Origin: Parcubacteria group bacterium Gr01-1014_31
Lineage (GTDB): Bacteria > Patescibacteriota > Patescibacteriia > Buchananbacterales > GWA2-38-13
Assembly: GCA_007376135.1 (NCBI GenBank)
Contig: VMFR01000001.1
Location: forward strand, 142,554 to 206,553
Length of the DNA: 64,000 nt
Direction: 5' to 3'
Shown: positions 7,564-16,990 of the stretch, in pieces
Position numbering within the stretch: position 1 is the first letter of the stretch
How the letters are laid out: each line of letters begins with the position of its first letter
Made by a program: the position numbers and the translations under genes
Notes under the pieces: model-generated
Seen by the model: the letters and a program-made list of their open reading frames with translations, nothing else
Told to the model about the DNA's origin: nothing
Databases searched by the model: none

Positions 7564-9690
7564 TCAACGCCCAAAACAATCAATTAAATCTTCGGTGCCG
7601 TCGTACCCGTTAATCGGCGGTGGAAGTGGTACTCCTCGCGGGTCGTAAAGAGACCGGATAGCGAACACGACATCGGCGATGTTGACACCACCATCGTCAT
7701 TCGTATCAGCAGCGTCGAGACAGGGAGGTCGAGCATCTGACAAGAAAAGGAATCTCAAGGTGAAGAGATAATCCGAACCGTCGAAATTGGAGTCGCCGTC
7801 GCTATCACCCCGAGTGAAGGGACCATTGCCTGCATAATAGTTGTTCATTATCGCGCGCAACTCCCCGGGGCGTGTTCGTGCAAAATCCTCGATACCCGAT
7901 GTTGAGACTCGCACGAAACCGTTCGCGTCAGACTCTTCGCGTATTTTCGTTTTCAGATTCTCAACCGCGAATATCACCCTTTCCGGTGCGAACGTCGTCG
8001 CAAGATGTTGTTCGAAAGCTGACATGAATCGGGAGCGAAACTCGTTGTTCTTGCTGAGATCAGTCCAAAAATCGAACTGCTCGAGAATCGAAATTGTATT
8101 CCACTCTCGAGCTCGTTCCTTATAGAAGCCCCAGTCGGAATCAAAAAGAACCCAGCGCCACTTACCGTCGGGGCGACCTCTCCAGATAGCAATGTTGTGC
8201 CTAAGCCAATCAATTCGATTGAGATATACATTCGTAATAACGTAATCCAGATAACTGTCCAGATCTATCCTGCTGGTTACATAGTTGTAATATTCCTCTT
8301 GCGACAAATCGTGCGTCGCGGCATAGTTGAGCAAAGTACGGTATTCTGCGTCGTCGCCATGTCGGACCTGCAGTTCATAATTTGACCACTCGAGCAAATC
8401 AATGTCTTCTAGGTTAAGATCATAGTGTGCTGCCAAAAAATGTTCATTCATCTTCTCGCGCAACCAATACGCACTAGTATTTATTGTCCCGTTAACGAGA
8501 TAGGCGCGGACTAGGAGATACGCCTGTGAATCAAAATCCATATTTGACGTCAGTTCGCGCGCGAGAGCATCCCGCAGGGGAAAATATATCGGCGTTTCCG
8601 ACCCGTAACGCAACAGCAACCCCTCGTATGAGGTGAACGGCTGGTCCGGAAAAACCTGATATAAAATTTCACCACTCCCATACCGCCTCCGTGCATATAG
8701 AGCGAGCGACGGGTGGTCGATATTGTGTCCATGCACCTCAACTCCGACATCTTGAGAAATAACATGGTTGCCATTAGGCAAGAAATAGTCGAGATGCGCT
8801 GGCAGCTCTTGGTACGGGGTTTGTGCATAGGACAAGGCAATCACCCCAGTACCGGTTTTTTCACGATCCAGAATGTAGGTAAATGTTTCAACCGGACTCG
8901 CAATCAGATTTGGTGCATATGTTCTCGCACGAACCATGACTGTTCCCCCAAGCTCCATCGGATTTGTGTACCCAGTCGACTGTCTGGTGGGTGTAGTGCC
9001 ATTGGTCGTGATGAAAATCGAGGCACCCTGGGTAGTGCTCATCAGAGTCAGCCTCTGTGGGCTTGGATAGAAACCACTAGGTATTGATGGCCCTGGCTTC
9101 CCTGCAACGCCATCGTACGCGGTCGAAATATTAGCGCCCCCAGGGGTTGGTACATCAAAAAAGCGCAAGGCGACCCAGCCATCAGGTTGACGGCCATAGC
9201 TTATGTCGTCTATTAGCTGCGGCACCTGAACCTCGTCAATCATCTCACGTTGCGGGGAAAATAACGAAATAGATTCGCCGTCGGCGTCAATACGAAAATT
9301 TGCGTGCAAGGCACCCGTACTTAGGCCGGTGCCGTCGGCGAATACGATTGCATACCCACGAGCCGGGATCTCAACCGACGGAAACGGCCATCTTGTTCGG
9401 CCCGAATCATCTGACAGGGAATATCCTCCTAGACCGACCGGAAACTGGTTTTGATTGTAAATTTCAATCCAATCGCTGCGATTATTTTCGTCGTCAAGCA
9501 AGCCATTCGCATTTCCCGAGACGACCTCATTAATACGCAACGGCAAAACCTCTGCGGGTCCGAGTGCAATTCGAACCGATACGTACACGATGCTCCCGGA
9601 GACTATTCCGGCCATTACGAACGTTCTCGCGAGTCGCTGGAAAGTGCGAATCTTGACCGCTGCAAGTTGTCTTTCTCCGTGTACTGCCAT
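7564..9690 (-). CDS. CotH-family kinase-like protein with N-terminal lamin-tail domain, CHB_HEX_C-like beta-sandwich and C-terminal dockerin repeat
   Basis: CotH core (YLVNGTINTSAYWLREKM...NVYLNRIDWLRHNIAIWRG...WRWVLFDSDWGFY). LTD motif (NEVVSGNANGLLDDENNRSDWIEIYN). Dockerin-like Ca-binding repeat DADTNDDGGVNIADVVFAI near the C-terminus. The gene is about 45-50% GC against about 65% for its flanks. Confidence 0.75.
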   Translation of the reverse strand: MAVHGERQLAAVKIRTFQRLARTFVMAGIVSGSIVYVSVRIALGPAEVLPLRINEVVSGNANGLLDDENNRSDWIEIYNQNQFPVGLGGYSLSDDSGRTRWPFPSVEIPARGYAIVFADGTGLSTGALHANFRIDADGESISLFSPQREMIDEVQVPQLIDDISYGRQPDGWVALRFFDVPTPGGANISTAYDGVAGKPGPSIPSGFYPSPQRLTLMSTTQGASIFITTNGTTPTRQSTGYTNPMELGGTVMVRARTYAPNLIASPVETFTYILDREKTGTGVIALSYAQTPYQELPAHLDYFLPNGNHVISQDVGVEVHGHNIDHPSLALYARRRYGSGEILYQVFPDQPFTSYEGLLLRYGSETPIYFPLRDALARELTSNMDFDSQAYLLVRAYLVNGTINTSAYWLREKMNEHFLAAHYDLNLEDIDLLEWSNYELQVRHGDDAEYRTLLNYAATHDLSQEEYYNYVTSRIDLDSYLDYVITNVYLNRIDWLRHNIAIWRGRPDGKWRWVLFDSDWGFYKERAREWNTISILEQFDFWTDLSKNNEFRSRFMSAFEQHLATTFAPERVIFAVENLKTKIREESDANGFVRVSTSGIEDFARTRPGELRAIMNNYYAGNGPFTRGDSDGDSNFDGSDYLFTLRFLFLSDARPPCLDAADTNDDGGVNIADVVFAIRSLYDPRGVPLPPPINGYDGTEDLIDCFGR

Positions 9691-9713
9691 GCCAACATTG
9701 TACCGTATTTCCG

Positions 9714-9745
9714 TAAAAAAAGAACGCCACCCGGGCGTTCTTTTC
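9714..9745 (-). terminator. rho-independent terminator after rpsI
   Basis: AGAACGCC-ACCC-GGGCGTTCT hairpin followed, on the minus strand, by a T7 run. Confidence 0.55.
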
Positions 9746-9763
9746 AGTGTAGGTAGTGATATT

Positions 9764-10267
9764 TTACCGCTTGCTCCACTGCGGAGCGCGGCGAGCGCGC
9801 TTGAGACCCGGCTTCTTGCGCTCTTTCATCCGGGAATCACGGGTCAGATAGCCATGGGGTTTCAACGTCGGGCGCAGTCCCGCATCCAGGAGCAACAAGC
9901 AGCGCGAAATGCCGTGGCGGACCGCTTCTGCTTGTCCGTGGTATCCGCCACCGCTGACCTTGACCGAACACCCGTGGTCGGCATCCTTACCGACCAGTTT
10001 CAGGGGCGCCATGATCAATTCCTGCAAGTCCGCCTGCGGGAAGTACTGCAGGAGCGGCTTGCCATTGACGGTGAACTCAATGGAACCTGGTATCAGTCGG
10101 ACCCGCGCTACCGCGGTCTTGCGCCGGCCGACCGCCGCCACATAGGTGTTTTTAGCGCGCGGCTTGGGGCTTACCGCCCTCACCGCGGTTTTGACGCGGG
10201 GGTGTGTTGCCTTGGCCGCTTTGGCGTGCGGCTTGGCTGCTGCTTTCTTTGTGGTCGTAGGGGTCAT
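9764..10267 (-). CDS. rpsI: 30S ribosomal protein S9, with a 50-aa K/A/P-rich N-terminal extension
   Basis: C-terminal GGGYHGQAEAVRHGISRCLL...RDSRMKERKKPGLKRARRAPQWSKR. Confidence 0.9.
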   Translation of the reverse strand: MTPTTTKKAAAKPHAKAAKATHPRVKTAVRAVSPKPRAKNTYVAAVGRRKTAVARVRLIPGSIEFTVNGKPLLQYFPQADLQELIMAPLKLVGKDADHGCSVKVSGGGYHGQAEAVRHGISRCLLLLDAGLRPTLKPHGYLTRDSRMKERKKPGLKRARRAPQWSKR

Positions 10268-10277
10268 GGCAGACAGT

Positions 10278-10652
10278 TTAGCGGGTGATGCGCAGGCGCT
10301 TCATCCGGGCGTTACGGAGGCGGTTTTTCGGCAGCATGTAATACACCGTGCGTCGCACCACTTCGCCGGGATTGCGCGGCAACATCTCGCTGATGCGCCG
10401 AGTACGGATACCGCCGGGGTAGCCGGACATGTCGTGGTACACATGCTGCTGAAGTTTTCTGCCGGTCAGGCGGATCTTATCCGCATGGGTGATCGTGACG
10501 AAGTCGCCGCAATCACGGCTCGGATCGAAACTTGGCTTGTGTTTCCCCATCAATAGGCGCGCCGCATTGGACGCCAAGCGACCCAGCGTCAACTCCCGGG
10601 CATCAAGCTCAAGATTGGCACGAACCACCGGTTGACGAACAGTCTTTGCCAT
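10278..10652 (-). CDS. rplM: 50S ribosomal protein L13
   Basis: Full-length L13 (124 aa; VTITHADKIRLTGRK...). Confidence 0.9.
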   Translation of the reverse strand: MAKTVRQPVVRANLELDARELTLGRLASNAARLLMGKHKPSFDPSRDCGDFVTITHADKIRLTGRKLQQHVYHDMSGYPGGIRTRRISEMLPRNPGEVVRRTVYYMLPKNRLRNARMKRLRITR

Positions 10653-10655
10653 ACC

Positions 10656-11009
10656 TTAGACGACAAATTCGATCTGGACCTCGGATGCGCCGTCGCCCGG
10701 CCGCTGGCCCAGCTTGGTTATGCGCAGATAACCGCCTTTACGGTCGCGGTAGCGCGGGCCCAGCACCTCGATGACCTTTTTGGTCGCATTTTTTACCGGC
10801 AGGTAGGCCAGCAGCCGCCGCCGGGTCGCCAGATCATTGGAACGCCCCAGCGTTACAAGCCGCTCGACGATCGGCCGGATCGCCCGTGCGCGGGCATCCG
10901 TGGTACGCACCTTCTCGTACAGGATCACGCTGACCGCAAGATTCCGCAGCAAGCTCCGCCGCCCAGCGGCGGTACGATCAAGGGTAACTTTACGTTTGCG
11001 GTGGCGCAT
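10656..11009 (-). CDS. rplQ: 50S ribosomal protein L17
   Basis: MRHRKRKVTLDRTAAGRRSLLRNLAVSVILYEKVRTT; 117 aa. Confidence 0.9.
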   Translation of the reverse strand: MRHRKRKVTLDRTAAGRRSLLRNLAVSVILYEKVRTTDARARAIRPIVERLVTLGRSNDLATRRRLLAYLPVKNATKKVIEVLGPRYRDRKGGYLRITKLGQRPGDGASEVQIEFVV

Positions 11010-11014
11010 ACGTT

Positions 11015-11848
11015 CTACTCAGACTTCTTGGATTTCTTCTTAGGCTTCTTTGGTTCACCGTCGGCAGCTGCTCCTTCGGAGCCCTCGGTTGCTTCAGCCA
11101 CCGGCTCCTCGGCCGTCTTTGTCTCTGCGGCCGCCTCGGTTTCCTGCAATGCCGCTTCGCCGACCTTATCAACGACAAAAGTGAAATGCTCGATCAGGTA
11201 TTTACCGGACTCAAGCAGGGCATCCTTGGGGGAAATAGTGCCGTCGGTCTCGATCTGTAGTACCAGCTTATCCCAGTTGGTCATCTGACCCACGCGAACG
11301 CTCTCGATCTGAAAACCGACCTTACGGACCGGACTAAACAGGGCATCTAGGGCGATCATGCCGACCTCCAGCTCCTCTTTTTCGCGAGCCTCGGTCGGCT
11401 CATAACCGCGTCCCTGCTTGGCGATGACTTCGATCTCCAGGCTCGCGCTCTTGTCCGTCAGCGTCGCGATAACCAAATCCTTATTGATAACTTCGGCCTC
11501 GCTGGTGCCGGTAATATCGCCTGCCGTGACCTTCATCTCGCCGTGAGCCGCTAACTTCAAACGCACCGGTTCTGCCGAATGTACTTTCAGGCGCACCTGC
11601 TTCAGATTCAAGGCAATCTCCACGAAGTCTTCCTTGATGCCGGGCAAGGCCGAGAATTCATGCTGTACGCCCTTCACGTTGAAGGAGGTGATGGCGGCAC
11701 CCGGCAAAGATGACAGAAGCACCCGCCGCAACGAGTTGCCGACCGTCGTTCCGTAGCCAGGGAAGAATGGTTCGATCGCGACGGTCGCCACGCGTTCGTT
11801 GTCGCCTGCAACGATGGTGACGGTCGTCGGCAGCGGGATGTGCTCCAT
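11015..11848 (-). CDS. rpoA: DNA-directed RNA polymerase alpha subunit, N-terminal domain only (no alpha-CTD)
   Basis: The alpha-NTD is recognisable (GYGTTVGNSLRRVLLSSLPGAAIT). The last 45 aa are an acidic then KKPKKKSKK tail in place of the helix-hairpin-helix CTD. Confidence 0.85.
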   Translation of the reverse strand: MEHIPLPTTVTIVAGDNERVATVAIEPFFPGYGTTVGNSLRRVLLSSLPGAAITSFNVKGVQHEFSALPGIKEDFVEIALNLKQVRLKVHSAEPVRLKLAAHGEMKVTAGDITGTSEAEVINKDLVIATLTDKSASLEIEVIAKQGRGYEPTEAREKEELEVGMIALDALFSPVRKVGFQIESVRVGQMTNWDKLVLQIETDGTISPKDALLESGKYLIEHFTFVVDKVGEAALQETEAAAETKTAEEPVAEATEGSEGAAADGEPKKPKKKSKKSE

Positions 11849-11890
11849 ACGGGTTGTAGTGATTTAAATACGGTGACGAAATTCGCTCGT

Positions 11891-12505
11891 TTAGCGCGAA
11901 TAGAGCTCAACGACGGCCTGAGCATTGAACAGCCCCTTGAGCAACTCGGGTTCAGGCTGGCCGATCACCTTGGCCTGGAAGCCATCGGTTTCAACGTTCA
12001 GCCACTCCGGAATGCCCTGCTTCTCGGCAGGCCGTCCCGCTTTGTCAGAAAAAAGTTTCTTCCCTCGTTTATTCTCTTTGATGGCGATGACGTCCTTGAG
12101 CCGTACCTGGTAGGACGGCACATCAACGCGCTTCCCGTTCACCTGCACGAAACCATGCCCGACGAGCTGCCGCGCTTGCGGCCTAGTCAGCGCCCAGTGG
12201 AGCCGGTACACGACATTGTCCAAGCGCATCTCCAGCATGCGGGCCAAATGTACGCCCGAGTCACCCTTCTCGCTGACGGCAGCGTGATAGTAATTGCTGA
12301 ATTGGCGCTCGGTCAGACCGTAGGTCCGCCGTGCGCGCTGTTTTTCGCGGAATTGCTGCCCATACGGCGTCAGGCGCACACGAGCATTGGGCCCATGCAT
12401 GCCCGGCGGATAGTTACGACGCATCAGCGGGCACTTAGCCGCATCACAAACCTTCACGCCTAGGCGGCGGCAGAGTTTATGTTTCGGACCCAAATAGCGG
12501 GACAT
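11891..12505 (-). CDS. rpsD: 30S ribosomal protein S4
   Basis: MSRYLGPKHKLCRRLG with CxxC...C zinc ligands and an S4 domain. Start moved to the internal ATG at 12505. Confidence 0.9.
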   Translation of the reverse strand: MSRYLGPKHKLCRRLGVKVCDAAKCPLMRRNYPPGMHGPNARVRLTPYGQQFREKQRARRTYGLTERQFSNYYHAAVSEKGDSGVHLARMLEMRLDNVVYRLHWALTRPQARQLVGHGFVQVNGKRVDVPSYQVRLKDVIAIKENKRGKKLFSDKAGRPAEKQGIPEWLNVETDGFQAKVIGQPEPELLKGLFNAQAVVELYSR

Positions 12506-12513
12506 AGGTATCG

Positions 12514-13005
12514 TTAAATGCGGCGCGGCTTCTTCGGCCGGCACCCGTTATGCGGCAACGGAGACACATCCTTGATGCTCAAGACATTGATGCCATTGGC
12601 GTTGATCGCGCGGATGGCCGCTTCACGTCCGGAACCAAAGCCCTTGACGAAGACCGAGACCTCGCGCAGGCCGTACTCATGGGCTTTCGTTGCCGCCTGG
12701 CGAACGATCATGCCCGCGGCGTACGGTGTCGACTTCTTCGGGCCGCGGAATCCGGTCCGGCCGGCCGAAGCCTGTCCGATCACATTTCCCTGAGGATCCG
12801 TAAAAGTCACGATGGTGTTGTTGTACGTCGCCTGAATGTAGGCACGGCCCGTCGGAACCTGGCGTTTGGCCTTTTTACCGCTGGCGGCACGCACCGGCTT
12901 GGATTCCGACGCCGCTTCGTTCGCGGCGATGAGAGCTTCCGGTGCAGCGATGGCCGGCGTTTCTGGCTTCGTTTGCGGTGTGGTGGTCTCCGGGATCATA
13001 GGCAA
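12514..13005 (-). CDS. rpsK: 30S ribosomal protein S11, with a 45-aa P/A/E-rich N-terminal extension
   Basis: Core [21 protein letters not shown]...[38 protein letters not shown]. Confidence 0.9.
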   Translation of the reverse strand: MPMIPETTTPQTKPETPAIAAPEALIAANEAASESKPVRAASGKKAKRQVPTGRAYIQATYNNTIVTFTDPQGNVIGQASAGRTGFRGPKKSTPYAAGMIVRQAATKAHEYGLREVSVFVKGFGSGREAAIRAINANGINVLSIKDVSPLPHNGCRPKKPRRI

Positions 13006-13395
13006 TTAGGTCTTCTGTGCGGTGGTCTTGCGTCCCGAACCCATCGTGCGACGAACGTTCCCGCGCACAGTGCGTGAGTTGGTTTTGGTCCGCTGGCCGC
13101 GCACCGGCAACCGTTTGAGGTGACGCACGCCGCGGTAGCAGCCGATCTCTTTCAGGCGCTTAACGTTCATCATAACCTCGCGGCGCAGTTCGCCCTCCAC
13201 CTGAAAACGCTTTTCAATGATCTCGCGCAGCGCGTTCACCTCGCGCTCGGAAAGATCCTTGACCCGCGTATTCGGGTTGACTTTGGCTTGCTGCAGGATC
13301 GAGATCGAACGGCTGCGGCCGATACCATACAGATACATCAGGCCGATCTCGACGCGCTTTTGCGGAGGCAGAGTAATGCCGCTGATGCGAGCCAT
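13006..13395 (-). CDS. rpsM: 30S ribosomal protein S13
   Basis: [30 protein letters not shown]. Confidence 0.9.
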   Translation of the reverse strand: MARISGITLPPQKRVEIGLMYLYGIGRSRSISILQQAKVNPNTRVKDLSEREVNALREIIEKRFQVEGELRREVMMNVKRLKEIGCYRGVRHLKRLPVRGQRTKTNSRTVRGNVRRTMGSGRKTTAQKT

Positions 13396-13410
13396 AAGAA
13401 AATGAAGTGC

Positions 13411-13524
13411 CTAGCCTTGACGCTGGCGGTGCTTGGGCGTGATACAAATCACGTGCAGCCGCTTCTTGCGGCGCACCATCTTACAATCCTTACAAATCGC
13501 TTTGACCGATGCGCGAACCTTCAT
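13411..13524 (-). CDS. rpmJ: 50S ribosomal protein L36
   Basis: Not in the ORF track. The reverse complement of 13411-13524 translates to [37 protein letters not shown] followed by a stop. Confidence 0.85.
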   Translation of the reverse strand: MKVRASVKAICKDCKMVRRKKRLHVICITPKHRQRQG

Positions 13525-13530
13525 GGTGAT

Positions 13531-13767
13531 CTAATAACGGAATACGATACGTCCCTTGGTTAGATCGTAAGGGCTGATCTGCACCTTGACCCGGTCACCG
13601 GGAAGGAGCTTGATGCGATTCATCCGCATCCGCCCCGACAAGTGCCCCAAAATCTCGGTCCCATTCTCCAGTTTGATCCGGAAATTCGCCGCCGGAAGAA
13701 GCTCAGTAACTTCCCCAACCGCCTCAAGAAAATCCTTGCTTGCTGAGGTGGGCGTCGATGTGGGCAT
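13531..13767 (-). CDS. infA: translation initiation factor IF-1
   Basis: S1-like fold; [42 protein letters not shown]. Confidence 0.9.
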   Translation of the reverse strand: MPTSTPTSASKDFLEAVGEVTELLPAANFRIKLENGTEILGHLSGRMRMNRIKLLPGDRVKVQISPYDLTKGRIVFRY

Positions 13768-13805
13768 GTGGTAAAGATTTTGGCAGTCTTTCTGGGCGAC
13801 GGAAA

Positions 13806-13836
13806 CTAAAAATTCGCAGTCCGCCTAAGGCGGACT
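13806..13836 (-). terminator. rho-independent terminator after alaS
   Basis: AGTCCGCC-TAA-GGCGGACT hairpin followed by GCGAATTTTT on the minus strand. Confidence 0.45.
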
Positions 13837-14046
13837 CGAATCACGTAGCCGCGGGCACTAACGTTTTGCCATTCATCCGCACGTGTATTTCAACTAGCGC
13901 TCGTTTGGCCGCGGAATGCCCAATTTCGCTTTCGTAAGCAAAATTTTGCCGCTTGTGAAGACTGGTTGAAAGGGTAGCCGAATTTAACGATTTTGTCAAA
14001 CCCACGCTGAAGATACATGGAATACTGATAATTTGGCTCCACCAAG

Positions 14047-15822
14047 CTACGTTTGCACTTCCTTTGCTGGCCGAACCACGGCCTTGATCCTGCGGATACC
14101 CGCTGAGGATGCCTCCTCTTTCAGTATGTGGAACGACCCCAATTCCGAGGTGTTGTGCACATGAGGTCCGGTGCAGATCTCTTTGCTGAAATCTCCCATT
14201 GTGTAGACCGAGATCTTGCCCGTATATTTGTGCCCAAAGAATCCCAGCGCGCCGTCCCGCGTTGCCTCAGCGGGCGACATTTCGTCGCGGCTCACCAGCA
14301 GCGCGCGCTTGATCTGCTCGTTGACCACATCCTCTACCCGCTTAAGCTCTTCGGCCGTCAATTTCGACTGGTACGAGAAGTCGAAACGCAGACGCTCCGG
14401 GGTGATATTACTTCCCTTCTGCTGGACATGCTCCCCCAGTACCTTCCGCAACGCGGCGTGTAAAAGATGGGTGGCCGTATGAAGCTTTGTGGTTTCCACC
14501 GACGTGTCTGCGAGCCCGGAGCGGAAACGACCGGCCGCTGCGGTCCTTGAGAGCTCCTGGTGCTGGCGGAATGCCGTAGTAAAACTCTCCCGTTCGACCG
14601 TCCAGCCGCGCTCCCGCAAAATCTCCTCGGTCAACTCGATCGGGAAGCCGTAGGTCTGCAGAAGATCGAACGCCTCGATTCCCGGCAAAACCTTGTCACC
14701 GCTGTTCTCCAGGCGTCGTTCAAGCTTTCTTGTCCCGCGCTCGATAGTCCCCGAGAAACGCTCTTCTTCGGCGCTGAACTGCTCGCGAATGAATCCAGCG
14801 TTTCTTTTCAGCCACGGATAGCGACCCTGGAACGTCGGAACGAACAATGCACCAACCTCGGCCGTGAACATCCCGGGAATGCCAAGTAAGCGACCGTAAC
14901 GAATGGCGCGGCGGATCAATCGGCGTACGACGTACCCGCGCTCGACGTTCGATGGTACCACGCCGGCCGGGTCACCCAGGATCATGGTGGCGGCGCGGAG
15001 ATGGTCAACGACGATGCGCAACGCCCGTTCGTCGCGCTTGGCTATCCGCGACTCCAGCAGTTCGAATGCCGGCACGAAGGTATCGGTCGAGTAGACGTTC
15101 GTCTGGCGGTTTAGGACGGCCACGGTGCGTTCCACCCCCATACCGGTGTCCACGTTTTGCTGGGTCAGTGGTTCAAAGCTGCCGGTTTCTGTTTTCCGGT
15201 ATTGCATGAACACGTCATTCCAGATCTCCACCCAGCGTTTGTCCGCCGGATCGAACACCTGCGGCGGTGCGCTTTGCCCTGTCCAGTAGAACATTTCGGT
15301 GTCGGGGCCGCACGGGCCGGTTTGTCCCGCCGGACCCCACCAATTGTCGGCTTTCGACAGTGCCCGAATGCGCTGTTCCGGGATACCCAATCTCCGCCAA
15401 GCCGCTTTTGATTCTTCGTCCAGGGCCGCGTCCTGGTCACCGGCAAAAACGCTGACTGAAATGAGCTCCCGAGGTATGGCTAGCCATTCCGGTGCGGTGA
15501 GAAATTCCCAGCTCCACTTGATCGCCTCGTCCTTGAAATAGTCGCCCAGCGACCAGTTACCGAGCATTTCAAAAAAGGTCAGGTGGGTATCGTCGCCGAC
15601 CTCATTGATGTCGCCGGTGCGCACGCACTGCTGCACGTCAGCCAGCCGGCGTCCTTGCGGATGCGGCTGCCCGAGCAGATGCGGCACCAACGGATGCATT
15701 CCCGCCGTGGTGAACAGCACCGACGGGTCATTGTCGGGCACGAGCGACGCCGACGGAATCACCGCATGCTGCCGCTGGCGGAAAAAGTTGAGGTATTTTT
15801 CGATGAGTTCCTGGGTGGTCAT
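14047..15822 (-). CDS. alaS: alanine--tRNA ligase, short form (catalytic, tRNA-recognition and editing domains; no C-Ala domain)
   Basis: N-terminal class II core (FTTAGMHPLVP, FFEMLGNWSLGDYFK) and editing-domain HxxxH/CxxxH motifs (HTATHLLHAALRKVLG...CTGPHVHNT). The protein is only 591 aa against roughly 870 for canonical AlaS. Confidence 0.85.
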   Translation of the reverse strand: MTTQELIEKYLNFFRQRQHAVIPSASLVPDNDPSVLFTTAGMHPLVPHLLGQPHPQGRRLADVQQCVRTGDINEVGDDTHLTFFEMLGNWSLGDYFKDEAIKWSWEFLTAPEWLAIPRELISVSVFAGDQDAALDEESKAAWRRLGIPEQRIRALSKADNWWGPAGQTGPCGPDTEMFYWTGQSAPPQVFDPADKRWVEIWNDVFMQYRKTETGSFEPLTQQNVDTGMGVERTVAVLNRQTNVYSTDTFVPAFELLESRIAKRDERALRIVVDHLRAATMILGDPAGVVPSNVERGYVVRRLIRRAIRYGRLLGIPGMFTAEVGALFVPTFQGRYPWLKRNAGFIREQFSAEEERFSGTIERGTRKLERRLENSGDKVLPGIEAFDLLQTYGFPIELTEEILRERGWTVERESFTTAFRQHQELSRTAAAGRFRSGLADTSVETTKLHTATHLLHAALRKVLGEHVQQKGSNITPERLRFDFSYQSKLTAEELKRVEDVVNEQIKRALLVSRDEMSPAEATRDGALGFFGHKYTGKISVYTMGDFSKEICTGPHVHNTSELGSFHILKEEASSAGIRRIKAVVRPAKEVQT

Positions 15823-15825
15823 AGA

Positions 15826-16899
15826 TCACGTCACAATAGTCCCGCCGCCAAGGACGTAGCTGCCGGAGTACAATACTGCGGACTGACCCGAGGTGACCGC
15901 GAATTGCGGGCGATCGAACACCAGGGTAACGCCGCGGGCAGATCGCGCCACGCTGCAGCGCTGCGAAGGCTGCTGGTAGCGCAGTTTTGCCGTGCACCGC
16001 AGCGGCAGGTCCGGGCGTCCATTGATCCAGTGCACGGACCTCACCTCGACGCGCTGTCGGTAGAGCGCGGGATGGCGCCGGCCGGCAGCCACAACCAGCG
16101 TATTGGTACGCACGTTCTTTTGTCCCACATACCAGGGCGTACCGCCGCCGATGCCGAGCCCATGCCGCTGGCCAATCGTATAATACCAGACTCCCGGGTG
16201 GCGACCAACCACGTTCCCGTCCGTATCCTTCACCTGCCCGGTCCGAGAACGAATGCGTTGCTGTAAAAAATCCCGCAAATCCACCTGCCCAACGAAGCAG
16301 ATGCCCTGCGAATCCTTCTTTTCCGCCGTCGGCAGATTCAGGCGACGCGCCGCCGCGCGGACATCCGTTTTTATCATCGCGCCGATCGGAAACAGTGTGT
16401 GCCCAAGCTGCGCGGCCGTCAACGCGTACAAGAAGTAGGATTGGTCTTTACGCGGGTCGACACCGCGGTACAGCCGGCCGTGCTTGGTGCGCGCGTAGTG
16501 TCCGGTCGCCATCATCGAACAACCCATGCTCTTCGCGTGCCGCCAGAAGAGATCGAATTTGATCTCGCGGTTGCATACCACGTCGGGATTGGGTGTGCGC
16601 CCTGCGCGGTACTCGCGGAAAAAATATCGAATGACCGAGCGCTCGTACTCGCGCTCAAAATTCACGCTCGAAAACGGGATACGCAGCTTCCGGCACACTG
16701 CTTGGGCGTCATGCTGGTCCTGCTCCCACGGACAGTCTTTGGCCAGCACCCCCGCCCAACCTTCAGAAGAAAAATTCTTCATAAAAATACCGACCACGTC
16801 AAATCCCTGCCGCACCAGCAGGGCAGCGGACAGCGAAGAGTCGACGCCGCCGGACATCGCCACGGCAATCCGCATTTTTTTTACCGGCATCGCGCGCAT
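15826..16899 (-). CDS. mnmA: tRNA-specific 2-thiouridylase
   Basis: PP-loop MRIAVAMSGGVDSS; full-length MnmA. Confidence 0.85.
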   Translation of the reverse strand: MRAMPVKKMRIAVAMSGGVDSSLSAALLVRQGFDVVGIFMKNFSSEGWAGVLAKDCPWEQDQHDAQAVCRKLRIPFSSVNFEREYERSVIRYFFREYRAGRTPNPDVVCNREIKFDLFWRHAKSMGCSMMATGHYARTKHGRLYRGVDPRKDQSYFLYALTAAQLGHTLFPIGAMIKTDVRAAARRLNLPTAEKKDSQGICFVGQVDLRDFLQQRIRSRTGQVKDTDGNVVGRHPGVWYYTIGQRHGLGIGGGTPWYVGQKNVRTNTLVVAAGRRHPALYRQRVEVRSVHWINGRPDLPLRCTAKLRYQQPSQRCSVARSARGVTLVFDRPQFAVTSGQSAVLYSGSYVLGGGTIVT

Positions 16900-16935
16900 A
16901 GGGTGCGCTCACCGTACGAAAATTCTCTTGAAACG

Positions 16936-16970
16936 TCAAACCGCGCAGCCGTTTCGCTGCGCGGTTTGAC
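16936..16970 (-). terminator. rho-independent terminator after clpB
   Basis: AAACCGCGCAGC-loop-GCTGCGCGGTTT hairpin with a T-rich tail on the minus strand. Confidence 0.45.
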
Positions 16971-16990
16971 AAGTTCGCAGACCGTGCGAA

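Noticed and set aside
8197-8385. Small ORFs on the plus strand within the low-GC CotH region
   Set aside because: Low GC removes stop-codon suppression on the antisense strand and the ORFs are short; the minus-strand CotH ORF explains the region.
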